A stretch of DNA of 64,000 nucleotides from Anaerolineae bacterium (GCA_022821805.1 JAJECX010000040.1:6929-70928), one strand, 5' to 3'. Shown: positions 8,057 to 18,200, counted from the stretch's first letter. Notes: a model not told the origin generated them from the sequence alone. Program-made: numbers and translations.

Positions 8057-9499
8057 GTGATGTCATATACAAGCTCTGACAAACCGAACATTGTTTACAT
8101 CGTGCTCGATCAGTGGCGTGGCGATTGCCTGGGCATCGCCGACAGCGCGCATCCGGTGATGACGCCGCATTTTGACCAGATCGCCTACGAAGGCATTTGG
8201 TACAGCCGCGCCTATGCTGATTGCCCCGTCTGCATGCCCCAGCGCGCGACGATGCTGACCGGCTTCACCGGCAGCCAGCATGGCCTGCCGCACAATTTCA
8301 TGAGCGGTCCGCGCACCCCGATCGACCTTGAGCAAAGCCTGCCATATCGCCTCACCCGCGAAGCCGGCTATCAGACGAAGGCAGTGGGCAAGATGCACTT
8401 CTGGCCCGAACGCGCCCGTTTCGGTTTTGAAGACATCAGCCTGCATCCGAACGATTATGTCAACTTTCTGGAAGAGCAAGGTTGGGGCGGCTTTTACCGC
8501 GGGCATGGCTTGGGCGGGAACGAAGTCTATCCGGCGGTCAGCGCCCTGCCGGAGCATCTGACGCATACGCATTGGATCGTCGACGAAGGCATTCGATTCT
8601 TGCAGCGGCGCGATCCGGATTGCCCCTTCATGCTCTGGCTGGTCTTCGAGGCGCCGCACAGCCCATTCGACCCGCCGGAACCTTTTGACCGAATGTACGA
8701 TGACTTCGATATCCCTCAAGCGATTATGGGCGATTGGGTGGGGGCGGAGGACGAGCCGCAGTCGCTAATCGCGGATCGAATAGCGCGGAAGTCCGACCGC
8801 ATCTCGCCGCAAATCCTGCAGCGAACGCGGCGCTGCTATTATGGGCAAATCACCCATATCGATTACCAGTTGGGGCGTCTGTTTGGCGAGTTAAAAGCCA
8901 GAGGTCTTTACGACAATAGCATCATCGTCATCACCTCCGACCACGGCGAGCACTTGGGCGATCACGGTCTCTTCGCGAAATCCACTTTCTTGGAATCGTC
9001 GGCGCGCGTGCCGATCATCCTGCGCTTGCCTCGTGAGCACGGCATGTACAATCGACGCGATCAGACACCAGCGCTGACCGCCGATATCGCGCCGACCCTG
9101 CTGGAATTGGCTGGCTTAGCGCCGGACGCGGCAATGGACGGCCTCTCGCTGCTGCAACTGCCGAAGGCACGCATCGTTTTTGGCGAGACGCGGCAGTCCG
9201 TCTTCGCCACTGATGGCGCATTCAAGTTCATTCACTATTTCGCCAATGGCGCCGAGCAGCTCTTTGACCTGAACCGGGACGCCGATGATCGCGTCAATCT
9301 CGCGGGGCAGGACGCAACCGTCGATGCAAAAGCGGCGCTAGAAGCCGAATTGATCGCGTATCTGGGCGCGAATCAGCGCCCCTCAGTCGTTGACGGCGAG
9401 CTTCTTGCGACCGAATCGACTTTGGATATCGACCAACTGCGCGCGCAAAACACAGCCGCCTGGCGCGGACCGCTGCGCTATGGACAGGGATACGGCTAG
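8057..9499 (+). CDS. formylglycine-dependent sulfatase family protein
   Basis: IVYIVLDQWRGDC near the N-terminus. CxPxR signature as C-M-P-Q-R followed by ATMLTG. SDHGEHLGDHG motif present. Confidence 0.85.
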   Translation: MMSYTSSDKPNIVYIVLDQWRGDCLGIADSAHPVMTPHFDQIAYEGIWYSRAYADCPVCMPQRATMLTGFTGSQHGLPHNFMSGPRTPIDLEQSLPYRLTREAGYQTKAVGKMHFWPERARFGFEDISLHPNDYVNFLEEQGWGGFYRGHGLGGNEVYPAVSALPEHLTHTHWIVDEGIRFLQRRDPDCPFMLWLVFEAPHSPFDPPEPFDRMYDDFDIPQAIMGDWVGAEDEPQSLIADRIARKSDRISPQILQRTRRCYYGQITHIDYQLGRLFGELKARGLYDNSIIVITSDHGEHLGDHGLFAKSTFLESSARVPIILRLPREHGMYNRRDQTPALTADIAPTLLELAGLAPDAAMDGLSLLQLPKARIVFGETRQSVFATDGAFKFIHYFANGAEQLFDLNRDADDRVNLAGQDATVDAKAALEAELIAYLGANQRPSVVDGELLATESTLDIDQLRAQNTAAWRGPLRYGQGYG

Positions 9500-9512
9500 T
9501 CAAAGAGCCGAT

Positions 9513-9896
9513 TCACTGCAATTCAATATAATCGCCGACTATAGATGTGAATTCGATGATATTGCCAAAAGGATCGCGACAGAAGAAACGCGGCCGCCCG
9601 GGAATCGCCTCGACATCGTAAGGCTCGTAGCCCGCCGTGTTGAGCTTCTGACGAATGCCCGCAACATCATCCACCACCAGGCAAAAGTGCCGATTGGAGG
9701 CATCGCCTAGCGGCTCTTCGCGGAAGCAGTGAAGCTCGGCGTCTTCGCCCAGTTTGAACCAGATGACCTCAGCCGCCTGGATGCTGTTTGGCGCTGGAAT
9801 CTCGGGCAATCCCAAAAGGTCGCCGTAAAAGGCGCGCGTCTTTTCTTCGCTGCCGGGCGGGCGTGGTATGCTGACGTGCTGCAAATGAACGCTCAT
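9513..9896 (-). CDS. VOC/glyoxalase family protein
   Basis: 127 aa: MSVHLQHVSIPRPPGSEEKTRAFYGDLLGL...HFCLVVDD, a typical glyoxalase/bleomycin-resistance fold pattern. Confidence 0.7.
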   Translation of the reverse strand: MSVHLQHVSIPRPPGSEEKTRAFYGDLLGLPEIPAPNSIQAAEVIWFKLGEDAELHCFREEPLGDASNRHFCLVVDDVAGIRQKLNTAGYEPYDVEAIPGRPRFFCRDPFGNIIEFTSIVGDYIELQ

Positions 9897-9956
9897 GTTC
9901 GTCCCTCGCTCTGCTGATTCACCAATGTCATCATTCTACCAAATTTGCGACATAGC

Positions 9957-9985
9957 TTGACAGCGGCGCTCAAGCTGGCTACACT
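9957..9985 (+). promoter_or_regulatory. candidate sigma70-like promoter upstream of the E1/SorC cluster
   Basis: TTGACA (9957-9962), 17-nt spacer, TACACT (9980-9985). Followed by short palindromes tgtaca and atcgat. Confidence 0.35.
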
Positions 9986-10104
9986 TTGTGTAAATGTACA
10001 TCGATTGTGCAAAAGCTCATTTTACAGTTGCCCATTTCCAATCAGGCGCCCGTTTCCTCGCGCCAAACAATCAGTTGGCGGTTCGATAATGGAGGACTGA
10101 CACC

Positions 10105-12567
10105 GTGCCCAAATCGCTGACTATAGATCCGGCGGCGGAGCGGCGACCATCCTCCATCCGCGCGCCGGAGATTCCGGTCAACGCTTACATTTCCGATACC
10201 GAAGCCGAAGCGGCTCTTTACTCGCGGGAGCAGCTTGTCAACATTTACCACGATATGCTCTTGATCCGCGAATTCGAGACGGCGCTGGACGGCTTCAAGA
10301 AGGAAGGTGTTTATCGCGGCCTCCGTTACAGTCACGCGGGACCAGCGCATTTGTCAATCGGGCAGGAAGCGGCCGCCGTAGGGCAGTGTATTGACCTCGA
10401 GCCGCAAGACTTCATCCTCGGCTCCCATCGCAGCCACGGCGAGATCCTGGCGAAGGGACTATCCGCGATTCGGGTGTTAGATGAATGCCGCCTGCTGGAT
10501 ATCATGGAGAGCTATATGGGCGGCGCCGCGCTGCGCGCCGTCGAGACAATCGCCGATTTCGCCGATGGTCGCGAATTGGCGACAGCCTGGCTGATCTACG
10601 GCACATTTGCTGAGATTTTCGCGCGCGAACACGGCTTCAACAAGGGCATGGGCGGCTCAATGCATACCTTTTTCCCGCCCTTCGGCATCATGCCCAACAA
10701 TGCCATCGTCGGCGGCTCGGCCGATATTGCTTTAGGCATGGCGCTTTTCAAACGAATTAATCGCAAGCCGGGAATCGTCATCGCAAATATCGGCGACTCA
10801 TCGGTCGCCAGCGGACCTGTTTGGGAAGCGATGAATTTCGCGTCGATGGATCAGTATCGTACGCTTTGGGACGCGGACTTGGGCGGCGCGCCGCCGATCC
10901 TCTTCAATTTCGTGAACAACTTTTATGGCATGGGCGGGCAGCCACAAGGCGAGACGCTCGGCTTCGGCCAGCTGGCGCGGGTTGGTTTGGGTGTCAACGC
11001 CGATGCCATGCACAGCGAACGTGTCGATGGCTATGATCCGCTGGCGGTCGCTGATGCGACACGGCGGGCAAAAGCGTTGCTGCTGCAAGGGCGCGGTCCG
11101 GCGATGCTCGATGTGATCACCTATCGCTACAGTGGTCATTCATCCAGCGACGCATCGTCTTACCGCGGTCGCGACGAGGTGGCTCTTTGGCGAGAGCACG
11201 ATTCAATTCGCGGCTACGGCGAGTATTTGCGCGCCAAGGGCTATGCCGAGTTGGCTGAACTCGAAGCGTGGCAGCAATCAGTGATTGAGCTGATCACAAA
11301 GACCGTTGCGCTGGGGGTCGATCTGGAGGCGTCGCCGCGGATTGACCCGAGCGGCGATGCCATCGGGCGGATGATGTTCTCTAACGCGACCGCTGATGCG
11401 CTAGATCATCGAGAGCTGGATGTCCTGCAGCCGCTGCATGAAAGCCGCTTCAAGGTCACGCGAGCAAAGTACAGATTCGGCTTGGACGAGCATGGCGAGC
11501 CGCGCTCGAAACTGAAGTCGCTGACCTATGCCGAAGCCATCTTCGAGGCGATGATTCATCGGTTCTACCACGATCCGACGATGATCGCCTTTGGCGAGGA
11601 GAACCGCGATTGGGGCGGCGCGTTTGGCGCCTATCGCGGCTTGACCGAGGCCATCCCCTATCACCGGCTCTTCAACACGCCCATATCGGAAGCGGCGATC
11701 GTCGGGACGGCGGTTGGTTATGCGCTGGCTGGCGGACGCGCGGTTCCGGAGCTGATGTATTGCGATTTCATGGGACGCGCCGGCGATGAAATCTTCAACC
11801 AGATGGCCAAGTGGCAGGCGATGTCAGCCAATGTATTGCGCATGCCGCTGGTGCTGCGCGTCTCCGTTGGCATGAAATACGGCGCCCAGCATTCGCAGGA
11901 CTGGAGTTCGATTGTCGCGCATATCCCCGGCTTGAAAGTTTATTTCCCGGCGACGTCATACGATGCCAAGGGCATGCTCAACCGCGCCTTGCGGGGAACC
12001 GATCCGGTCGTCTTTTTCGAGAGTCAGCGGCTGTACAGCCAGCCGGAGACGCTCTTCGCTGGCGGCGTGCCAATCAAGTATTACGAGGTGGAAGAGGGCG
12101 AGCCTTGCGTGCATCGATTGGGGAACGACATCACCATCATTACTATCGGCGCGACGCTCTACCGCGCGCTGGAGGCGGCGAGCGCGCTGCAGCGCGAACA
12201 CGATATTAGCGCCGAAGTAATTGACGCGCGCTTTCTCAATCCGCTGAATTACGAACCGATAATCGAGTCAGTCAAGAAGACGGGGCTGGTCCTGCTGGCA
12301 TCGGATGCGTGCGAACGCGGCTCTTTTCTGCATACGATGGCCTCAAATATCACGCAGCTCGCCTTTGATTATCTTGATGGTCCCGTTGCGGTCTTGGGCG
12401 CGCGCAACTGGATTACGCCGCCAGCCGAACTGGATGAGAGCTTCTTTCCGAGCGCCGACTGGATGATTGATACCATTCATCAGCGCATGTTGCCGCTGCC
12501 CGGTCATCAGCCGCGGACGGAACAGCGCGCCAGCGAGATCATCCGGCGCAATCGGGCCGGGGTGTAG
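10105..12567 (+). CDS. fused thiamine-diphosphate-dependent dehydrogenase E1 alpha-beta (820 aa)
   Basis: N-terminal half carries E1-alpha features ([17 protein letters not shown] ... [11 protein letters not shown]). C-terminal half is E1-beta/transketolase-like ([18 protein letters not shown]...[18 protein letters not shown]). GTG start. Confidence 0.85.
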   Translation: MPKSLTIDPAAERRPSSIRAPEIPVNAYISDTEAEAALYSREQLVNIYHDMLLIREFETALDGFKKEGVYRGLRYSHAGPAHLSIGQEAAAVGQCIDLEPQDFILGSHRSHGEILAKGLSAIRVLDECRLLDIMESYMGGAALRAVETIADFADGRELATAWLIYGTFAEIFAREHGFNKGMGGSMHTFFPPFGIMPNNAIVGGSADIALGMALFKRINRKPGIVIANIGDSSVASGPVWEAMNFASMDQYRTLWDADLGGAPPILFNFVNNFYGMGGQPQGETLGFGQLARVGLGVNADAMHSERVDGYDPLAVADATRRAKALLLQGRGPAMLDVITYRYSGHSSSDASSYRGRDEVALWREHDSIRGYGEYLRAKGYAELAELEAWQQSVIELITKTVALGVDLEASPRIDPSGDAIGRMMFSNATADALDHRELDVLQPLHESRFKVTRAKYRFGLDEHGEPRSKLKSLTYAEAIFEAMIHRFYHDPTMIAFGEENRDWGGAFGAYRGLTEAIPYHRLFNTPISEAAIVGTAVGYALAGGRAVPELMYCDFMGRAGDEIFNQMAKWQAMSANVLRMPLVLRVSVGMKYGAQHSQDWSSIVAHIPGLKVYFPATSYDAKGMLNRALRGTDPVVFFESQRLYSQPETLFAGGVPIKYYEVEEGEPCVHRLGNDITIITIGATLYRALEAASALQREHDISAEVIDARFLNPLNYEPIIESVKKTGLVLLASDACERGSFLHTMASNITQLAFDYLDGPVAVLGARNWITPPAELDESFFPSADWMIDTIHQRMLPLPGHQPRTEQRASEIIRRNRAGV

Positions 12568-12569
12568 CC

Positions 12570-13523
12570 ATGATCGACGCCGCCCATCATGAGTTGCTGG
12601 CGAAAGTCGCCGCCATGTATTATGAGCAGGAAATGACGCAGAACGACATCGCCGAGGCGCTGGAGCTTTCGCGCGTCAAGATTTATCGCTTGCTGAAGGA
12701 AGCGCGCGAATCGCAGGTGGTGCGCATTTTGATCGACTGGCCCGTGAAACGCGCGCGGGAACTGGAGGCGCGGCTGGTCCGTCAATTTGGGCTGGAGCGG
12801 TCGCTGGTGCTGCAAACCGGGGCGAGCGATTCGGCGCTGCTTCGGCGACAGATCGGGCTGTTGGCAGCCCGCTATTTGGAGGGCCTGCTGGTCGACGGCG
12901 CCGCCCTTGCAATCTGCTTCGGCAGCGCGACATACGAGGTTATCAATGCCATCCGCGCTGATTATCAGGTGAATGTCAAGGTCATGCAGGGGACCGGCAG
13001 CTTGTCGCACGCGCTGAAGGAATTCGACAGTTCGGCGCTGACGCGTCAGTTGGCGCAGAAAATAGGTGGCGAGGCGCTTTACTTGTCGTCGCCGCTGCTG
13101 GCGGATAACGCGGAAGCAGCCAAGGTCATCCGCCAGCAGGCTGTTGTCGGTCATACACTTGCGCAGGTGCGGCGCGCGGATATCGCCCTTGTCGGCATCG
13201 GCGATCTGGATCCCGCGGCATCCAGCTTCGTTCGCGCTGGCGTGGCTGATTCCGATCACTTGCGGTCGTTTCGCGAGCGCGGCGCCATCGGCGACATGGC
13301 TTGGCAGGTATTCAATTGCGCCGGCGAGTTGTTTCCCTGCGAGCTGAATCAGCGCATAATCGGCGTCACGCTGGATGAACTGCGCCCGATACCGCAGACG
13401 ATCGCGGTCGCCGTCGGCTTAAACAAGGCGGCCGCCATCGTCGGCGCCTTGCGAACGGGCGCGGTCAATGTGCTCTGCACCGACGAAGCGACTGCGGCCA
13501 AGGTCTTAGGAATCCCATTGTAG
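12570..13523 (+). CDS. SorC-family sugar-binding transcriptional regulator
   Basis: N-terminal HTH (LLAKVAAMYYEQEMTQNDIAEALELSRVKIYRLLKEARE) plus a sugar-phosphate-binding C-terminal domain. Starts 2 nt after the E1 stop. Confidence 0.85.
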   Translation: MIDAAHHELLAKVAAMYYEQEMTQNDIAEALELSRVKIYRLLKEARESQVVRILIDWPVKRARELEARLVRQFGLERSLVLQTGASDSALLRRQIGLLAARYLEGLLVDGAALAICFGSATYEVINAIRADYQVNVKVMQGTGSLSHALKEFDSSALTRQLAQKIGGEALYLSSPLLADNAEAAKVIRQQAVVGHTLAQVRRADIALVGIGDLDPAASSFVRAGVADSDHLRSFRERGAIGDMAWQVFNCAGELFPCELNQRIIGVTLDELRPIPQTIAVAVGLNKAAAIVGALRTGAVNVLCTDEATAAKVLGIPL

Positions 13524-13680
13524 GGGCGACCTACTAGATCGCCCTCCTAACCGAAAAGGAATGCGTCGATTTATACACAAGCACGATCTGCGCAAAATCG
13601 CTCTCAAAAAGAGAAGGGGAATGTCGTGTACGGAGTCTCCCCTCTTCGATGCTTCGGGGAGGGGTTGGGGGAGGGGTAGA
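13520..13680. repeat. REP-like hairpin cluster (GTAGGGGCG...CGCCC type plus GGGGAGGGG type)
   Basis: gtaggggcgacctactagatcgccc (13520-13544), then ctcccc...ggggag and ggggttgggggagggg blocks up to 13680. Confidence 0.55.
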
Positions 13681-13681
13681 C

Positions 13682-14473
13682 ATGCCAATCGGAGAAGTGA
13701 CGCAGCAGGTGAAAATCGCCGCCGGCTTATTCTGGGCGGATTACGCAGCGCTTGGCGCGCAGCTGCGCGAGTTGGAAGCGGCCGGCGTCGACTGGATTCA
13801 TATTGAAGTGCGCGATGGCAAATATATGGATTTCGCCATGCCGCGCGGCGGCTACGATATTATCGAAGCGACCTGCAACAGCACCAACTTGGAGGTGGAA
13901 GCGCAACTGCAGATGGTTCGCCCTGGCTTCAGCGTCTTCGACCAACTAGCTGATCTCGGCGTCAGTCTCATCAGCCTGCCGCTGGAAACGACCAACGAAA
14001 TGATCTTTCAAAACATCACCTATATCAAAGAGAAGCTGGGCTTGAAAGTGGGCGTATGGGCTTGGCAGGGCGCGCCCGCGGTCGCCTTTGAGCAATTCAT
14101 CCATCCCCATATCGATATCATCGAATATGAAAGCCGAGCGCCATTTTGGAAGGCGACAAGCGGCGGACAGAGCCCGCATACCATTGACCCGATCGTCGTT
14201 GACACGGTCCGCAAGCTGCATCAAATGATTGCCGCGGCCGGCATGCAAGATCGCATCGAATTGATGGAAGATGGCGGCTTGAACGCGGGCAATGTGGCAG
14301 AATTCATCGCTGCAGGCATGACGGTCGGCGAATTTTCGTCGCCGCTGCTGAAGGGTCCCGCTGGCAAATTGCAGCCGGGAACGGGCGAAATTGCCGCCGC
14401 CGTGCGGAATCTGCGCTCCGTGATGCGTGAAGCGAGCGACAAGTATCGGGATGTTAATGGTTTGAAGGCATAA
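13682..14473 (+). CDS. ribulose-phosphate 3-epimerase-like TIM-barrel protein (divergent)
   Basis: Track ORF trimmed to the ATG at 13682 (MPIGEVTQQVKIAAGLFWADYAALGAQLRELEAAGVDWIHIEVRDGKY...MEDGG). RPE-like pattern with substitutions; see findings. Confidence 0.65.
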   Translation: MPIGEVTQQVKIAAGLFWADYAALGAQLRELEAAGVDWIHIEVRDGKYMDFAMPRGGYDIIEATCNSTNLEVEAQLQMVRPGFSVFDQLADLGVSLISLPLETTNEMIFQNITYIKEKLGLKVGVWAWQGAPAVAFEQFIHPHIDIIEYESRAPFWKATSGGQSPHTIDPIVVDTVRKLHQMIAAAGMQDRIELMEDGGLNAGNVAEFIAAGMTVGEFSSPLLKGPAGKLQPGTGEIAAAVRNLRSVMREASDKYRDVNGLKA

Positions 14474-14525
14474 AACCCGCGGACGACATGGTATGTCGCC
14501 CCTGCACGATTGGGTCATTGCATTC

Positions 14526-14550
14526 GTAGGGGCGATTCCGTGAATCGCCC
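14526..14550. repeat. GTAGGGGCG...CGCCC hairpin repeat
   Basis: gtaggggcgattccgtgaatcgccc; stem ggggcgatt / aatcgccc(c). Confidence 0.55.
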
Positions 14551-14576
14551 GTAGAAACATACTAAGGATTTGCCAA

Positions 14577-15716
14577 ATGCCAAAAACCAGAATCGGACTC
14601 ATCGGCTACGGCGGCATCGGAAGGGTGCATGCGGCCGCTTATCGCGCGATTCCCTTCCACTATGGATTACCCGCCGAAAGCATCGAAATCGCCGGCGTCG
14701 CCACCACGCGCCGCGAAACGGCCGCGAGCGCCGCTGCCGAGATTGGCTGCGGCTTCTTCACCGATGACTACCGCGAGCTGCTGGCGCGCTCCGACATTGA
14801 CGCGGTTGATATCTGCACGCCCAATAATTCGCATCGCGAAATTGCGCTGGCGGCCGCAGCTGCTGGCAAGCATGTCTACTGCGAAAAGCCGCTGGCGATG
14901 AATGCGCTGGAAGCGGAGAGCATGGCGCAAGCGGTCGACGCGGCCGGCCTCAAAGCGCAGGTGACCTTCAATTTCCGTTTTTTTCCGGCGGTCATGCGCG
15001 CCAGGCAACTCATAGACGAGGGCTTCCTCGGCCGCATCTTCTCCTTCCGCGGGCGCTACCAGCGCTCCAGCTATATCGACCGCGACAAGCCGATGTCCTG
15101 GCGGCTCCAGCGCGCGCATACCGGCGGCGGCGCGCTCTTTGACTTGGGCTCTCATATCCTTGATCTCTTGTACTTTGTCCTGGGCGAATTCGCAGCAGTT
15201 CACGGCACGCTCGATACGTTGATCAAGGAGCGACCGCGGGCCCTAGGCAGCGCGGAAATGGCGCTGGTCGATGTCGATGATATCGCCTTGCTGCATGCTC
15301 GCTTAGGCGATGGAACCCTGGGCACAGTAGAGATCTCGCGTATGGGCACGGGCGCCACCAACGATCTGACCTTCGAGGTTTTTGGCGAACGTGGCGCGAT
15401 GCGCTTTGACCTCAGCGATCCCGCTTGGCTCCATGTCTACGACGCGCGCGACGTAGATTCTCCGCTGGGTGGCGAGCGTGGCTTCCGCAAAATCGAGGCG
15501 GTCAGTCGCTATGCCGGGCAGCGCGCGCCCGATTGGACGATGACGCCGGATTTCATGCGCACGCATGCCGAATGCCAATATCAGTTTGTCCGTTCGATAT
15601 GGAACGATTCGGCGCCATCGCCTTCCTTTGCCGATGGCGCCCATATACAGAAAATCATGGCGGGGGCCGAACGCTCGTCGGCGAAGGGCGGATGGGTGAG
15701 CCTGTCTGACGTTTAG
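14577..15716 (+). CDS. Gfo/Idh/MocA family oxidoreductase
   Basis: MPKTRIGLIGYGGIGRVHAAAYRAIP Rossmann N-terminus; EKPLA motif; AAGGA upstream. Confidence 0.85.
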   Translation: MPKTRIGLIGYGGIGRVHAAAYRAIPFHYGLPAESIEIAGVATTRRETAASAAAEIGCGFFTDDYRELLARSDIDAVDICTPNNSHREIALAAAAAGKHVYCEKPLAMNALEAESMAQAVDAAGLKAQVTFNFRFFPAVMRARQLIDEGFLGRIFSFRGRYQRSSYIDRDKPMSWRLQRAHTGGGALFDLGSHILDLLYFVLGEFAAVHGTLDTLIKERPRALGSAEMALVDVDDIALLHARLGDGTLGTVEISRMGTGATNDLTFEVFGERGAMRFDLSDPAWLHVYDARDVDSPLGGERGFRKIEAVSRYAGQRAPDWTMTPDFMRTHAECQYQFVRSIWNDSAPSPSFADGAHIQKIMAGAERSSAKGGWVSLSDV

Positions 15717-15739
15717 CGTGGCACCGGGAGGCCTTTGCC

Positions 15740-17290
15740 TTGGCGGCGCATTACGACTTTATCATCATCGGAACCGGCATGGGCGGCGGCACGCTCGCTT
15801 ACGCCCTGCGCGGGAGCGGCGCCCGCATCCTCCTGCTCGAACGGGGCGACTTCCTGCCAAAGGAACGGCAGAATTGGCAGGTAGACGCCATCTTCAAAGA
15901 AAATCGCTACAAGCCAGCCGAGGATTGGATCGACGCGTCCGATGGCAGCCGCTTCAAGCCCGGCGTGCATTACTATGTCGGCGGCAATACCAAAGTCTAT
16001 GGCGCCGCGCTACCGCGTTTCCGTGTCGAAGACTTCGACGCCATTGAACACGAAGGCGGCACATCGCCCGCCTGGCCACTCAGCTACGAAGATCTCGAGC
16101 CATACTACAATCTTGCCGAAGAATTGTTCTTCGTGCACGGACGCTCAGGCGACGACCCCTGCGAGCCGCCGCGCGCGCAACCTTATCCTTTTCCGGAAGT
16201 GCCGCACGAACCATACATCGCGGCGCTGATAGAGAAACTACGCGAGCAAGGTTTACATCCCTACTGCCTGCCGATGGCGGTTGACCTGCGCGAGGGCGGT
16301 CGCTGCATCCGCTGCAAGACCTGCGATGGCTTTCCTTGCAAGGTGCAGGCCAAGGGCGATGCTGAACTCTGCTGCGTGCGTCCCGCGATTGAAGAAAGCA
16401 ACATTGAGCTTTGGACGAATTCGCTGGCGAGACGAATCCTAACGGATGAGCGAGGGGAACGCGCCACCGCTGTCGAAGTTGAACGAAAGGGCGAGACGCG
16501 AACGGTCTCCGCCGACCGCATCATCGTCTCATGCGGCGCGGTGAACTCGGCTATTCTGTTGCTGCGCTCGCGGAACAGCCAGCATCCGAACGGACTCGCC
16601 AATTCATCCGGCTTGCTCGGTCGCAATTATATGATGCACAACAACACTGCCCTGACCGCTGTCGCCCCGCTAAAGCAGAATCCGACTGTCTTTCAAAAGA
16701 CGACGGCGGTGAACGACTACTACTTTGGCGATGACGATTTCAAGTTTCCTATGGGCAATATTCAGGCGCTGGGCAAATTGCAGGCGGGCATGCTTTCAGC
16801 GGCGAAGCCCTACCTGCCCAAGCCCCTGCTGACGGCGATGGCGAATCGCAGCATGGATTGGTGGGTGATGTCCGAGGACCTGCCTGACCCGGAGAATCGC
16901 GTTTTCCTGGGCGCCGACGACAAGGCGCATGTGCAATGGCGCCCGAACAACCGCATCGCCCATCAGCAGTTGATTCAGCGCGCGATCCGCATGATGCGAG
17001 AGGCGGGTTACACCTTCGTATTCACCGAGACGCTCGGCATCGAGACCAACTCGCATCAATGCGGCACGGCGCGTTTCGGGACCGATCCGGCGAGTTCGGT
17101 GCTTGATCCCTTCTGCCGCGCCCACGATCTTGCGAATCTCTATGTGATGGATTCGTCCTTCTTTCCCTCATCAACGGCGATGAATCCGGCGCTGACCATT
17201 TGCGCGCAGGCGCTTCGTGTCGCCGATCACTTGCAGGACAAAGCGCCGCTCAAATCGGAGCTTCGGCATGAGTCATATCATCGGCATTGA
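15740..17290 (+). CDS. GMC family oxidoreductase (FAD)
   Basis: YDFIIIGTGMGGGTLAYAL FAD-binding motif. C-terminal ...DSSFFPSSTAMNPALTI typical of the GMC family. TTG start with GGGAGG upstream. Confidence 0.85.
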   Translation: MAAHYDFIIIGTGMGGGTLAYALRGSGARILLLERGDFLPKERQNWQVDAIFKENRYKPAEDWIDASDGSRFKPGVHYYVGGNTKVYGAALPRFRVEDFDAIEHEGGTSPAWPLSYEDLEPYYNLAEELFFVHGRSGDDPCEPPRAQPYPFPEVPHEPYIAALIEKLREQGLHPYCLPMAVDLREGGRCIRCKTCDGFPCKVQAKGDAELCCVRPAIEESNIELWTNSLARRILTDERGERATAVEVERKGETRTVSADRIIVSCGAVNSAILLLRSRNSQHPNGLANSSGLLGRNYMMHNNTALTAVAPLKQNPTVFQKTTAVNDYYFGDDDFKFPMGNIQALGKLQAGMLSAAKPYLPKPLLTAMANRSMDWWVMSEDLPDPENRVFLGADDKAHVQWRPNNRIAHQQLIQRAIRMMREAGYTFVFTETLGIETNSHQCGTARFGTDPASSVLDPFCRAHDLANLYVMDSSFFPSSTAMNPALTICAQALRVADHLQDKAPLKSELRHESYHRH

Positions 17291-18191
17291 TCTCGGCGGC
17301 AGCAAAATCGCGCTCGGCCTCGTCAGTCCGCGCGACGAGATCAGCGCGCGCCGCCGCATCGACACTGAATCGGAGGCGGGCTTGGAAAGCGTCGTTGAGC
17401 GCATCGCCATCGAGGTTGACGCGCTGAGGGCGACGCTGCGGCCTGAGCAAAAGCTCGAAGCGGTCGGCATCGGCGCGCCCGGACCAGTCGACTGCGTCAG
17501 CGGCGATCTGCTGACGCTGGTGAATTTGCCGGGCATATCCAATACGCCCTTTCGCCGCGCGCTGCAGGAGCGGCTGGCTTTACCAGTTGCCCTCGATCAT
17601 GACGCGAAAGTCGCCGCCCTGGGCGAATTTCACTATGGCGCCGGGCGCGAACGCGAGAGCATGATCTATATCGTCATGGGCGCCGGCGTCGGCGCCGCCA
17701 TCATCTATCAGGGTCAGTTGATCTATGGCGAGAGCAACAGCGCTGGCGAGTCAGGACATATGACGGTCGATCCCAAAGGGCATCCCTGCCACTGCGGATC
17801 GCGCGGCTGCCTGGAGACCTACACCAGTGGACCGGCGCTGGCGAAACATTACGCCGCCGCCACCGGTGATAAAGTATCCGGCGCCGCGGTCACCGAGCGG
17901 GCGCTGGCTGGCGATGAGACGGCGCGGGCGCTATTAGGGAAGGCGGGCTGCGCGCTTGGCATCGCCATTGCTTCATTGGCAATGACGCTCAATATCGAAC
18001 TCTTTGTCATCGGCGGCAGCGTCGCCAACGCGGGCGATCTTTTGCTGGAAGCGGCGCGAGCATCGCTAAAGCAATACGCATTCAAGGCGGTGTCGGCGCG
18101 CGTCAAGGTGGCCGCTTCTGAAATGGGAGAGGACGCGCCGATACTGGGCGCCGCCTGGCTGGCGCGCGATAGATTGATCGGCGGCTTCTAG
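17268..18191 (+). CDS. ROK family sugar kinase
   Basis: Trimmed to MSHIIGIDLGGSKIALGLV. Zinc motif CHCGSRGCLETY. Overlaps the upstream GMC gene by 23 nt. GGAG upstream. Confidence 0.85.
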   Translation: MSHIIGIDLGGSKIALGLVSPRDEISARRRIDTESEAGLESVVERIAIEVDALRATLRPEQKLEAVGIGAPGPVDCVSGDLLTLVNLPGISNTPFRRALQERLALPVALDHDAKVAALGEFHYGAGRERESMIYIVMGAGVGAAIIYQGQLIYGESNSAGESGHMTVDPKGHPCHCGSRGCLETYTSGPALAKHYAAATGDKVSGAAVTERALAGDETARALLGKAGCALGIAIASLAMTLNIELFVIGGSVANAGDLLLEAARASLKQYAFKAVSARVKVAASEMGEDAPILGAAWLARDRLIGGF

Positions 18192-18200
18192 GAGACTGCG

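Noticed and set aside
9986-10104. TPP riboswitch upstream of the thiamine-dependent E1 gene.
   Set aside because: I could not find the conserved CUGAGA / ACCUGAUCUGGAUAAUGCCAGCG-type elements in the about 115-nt leader.
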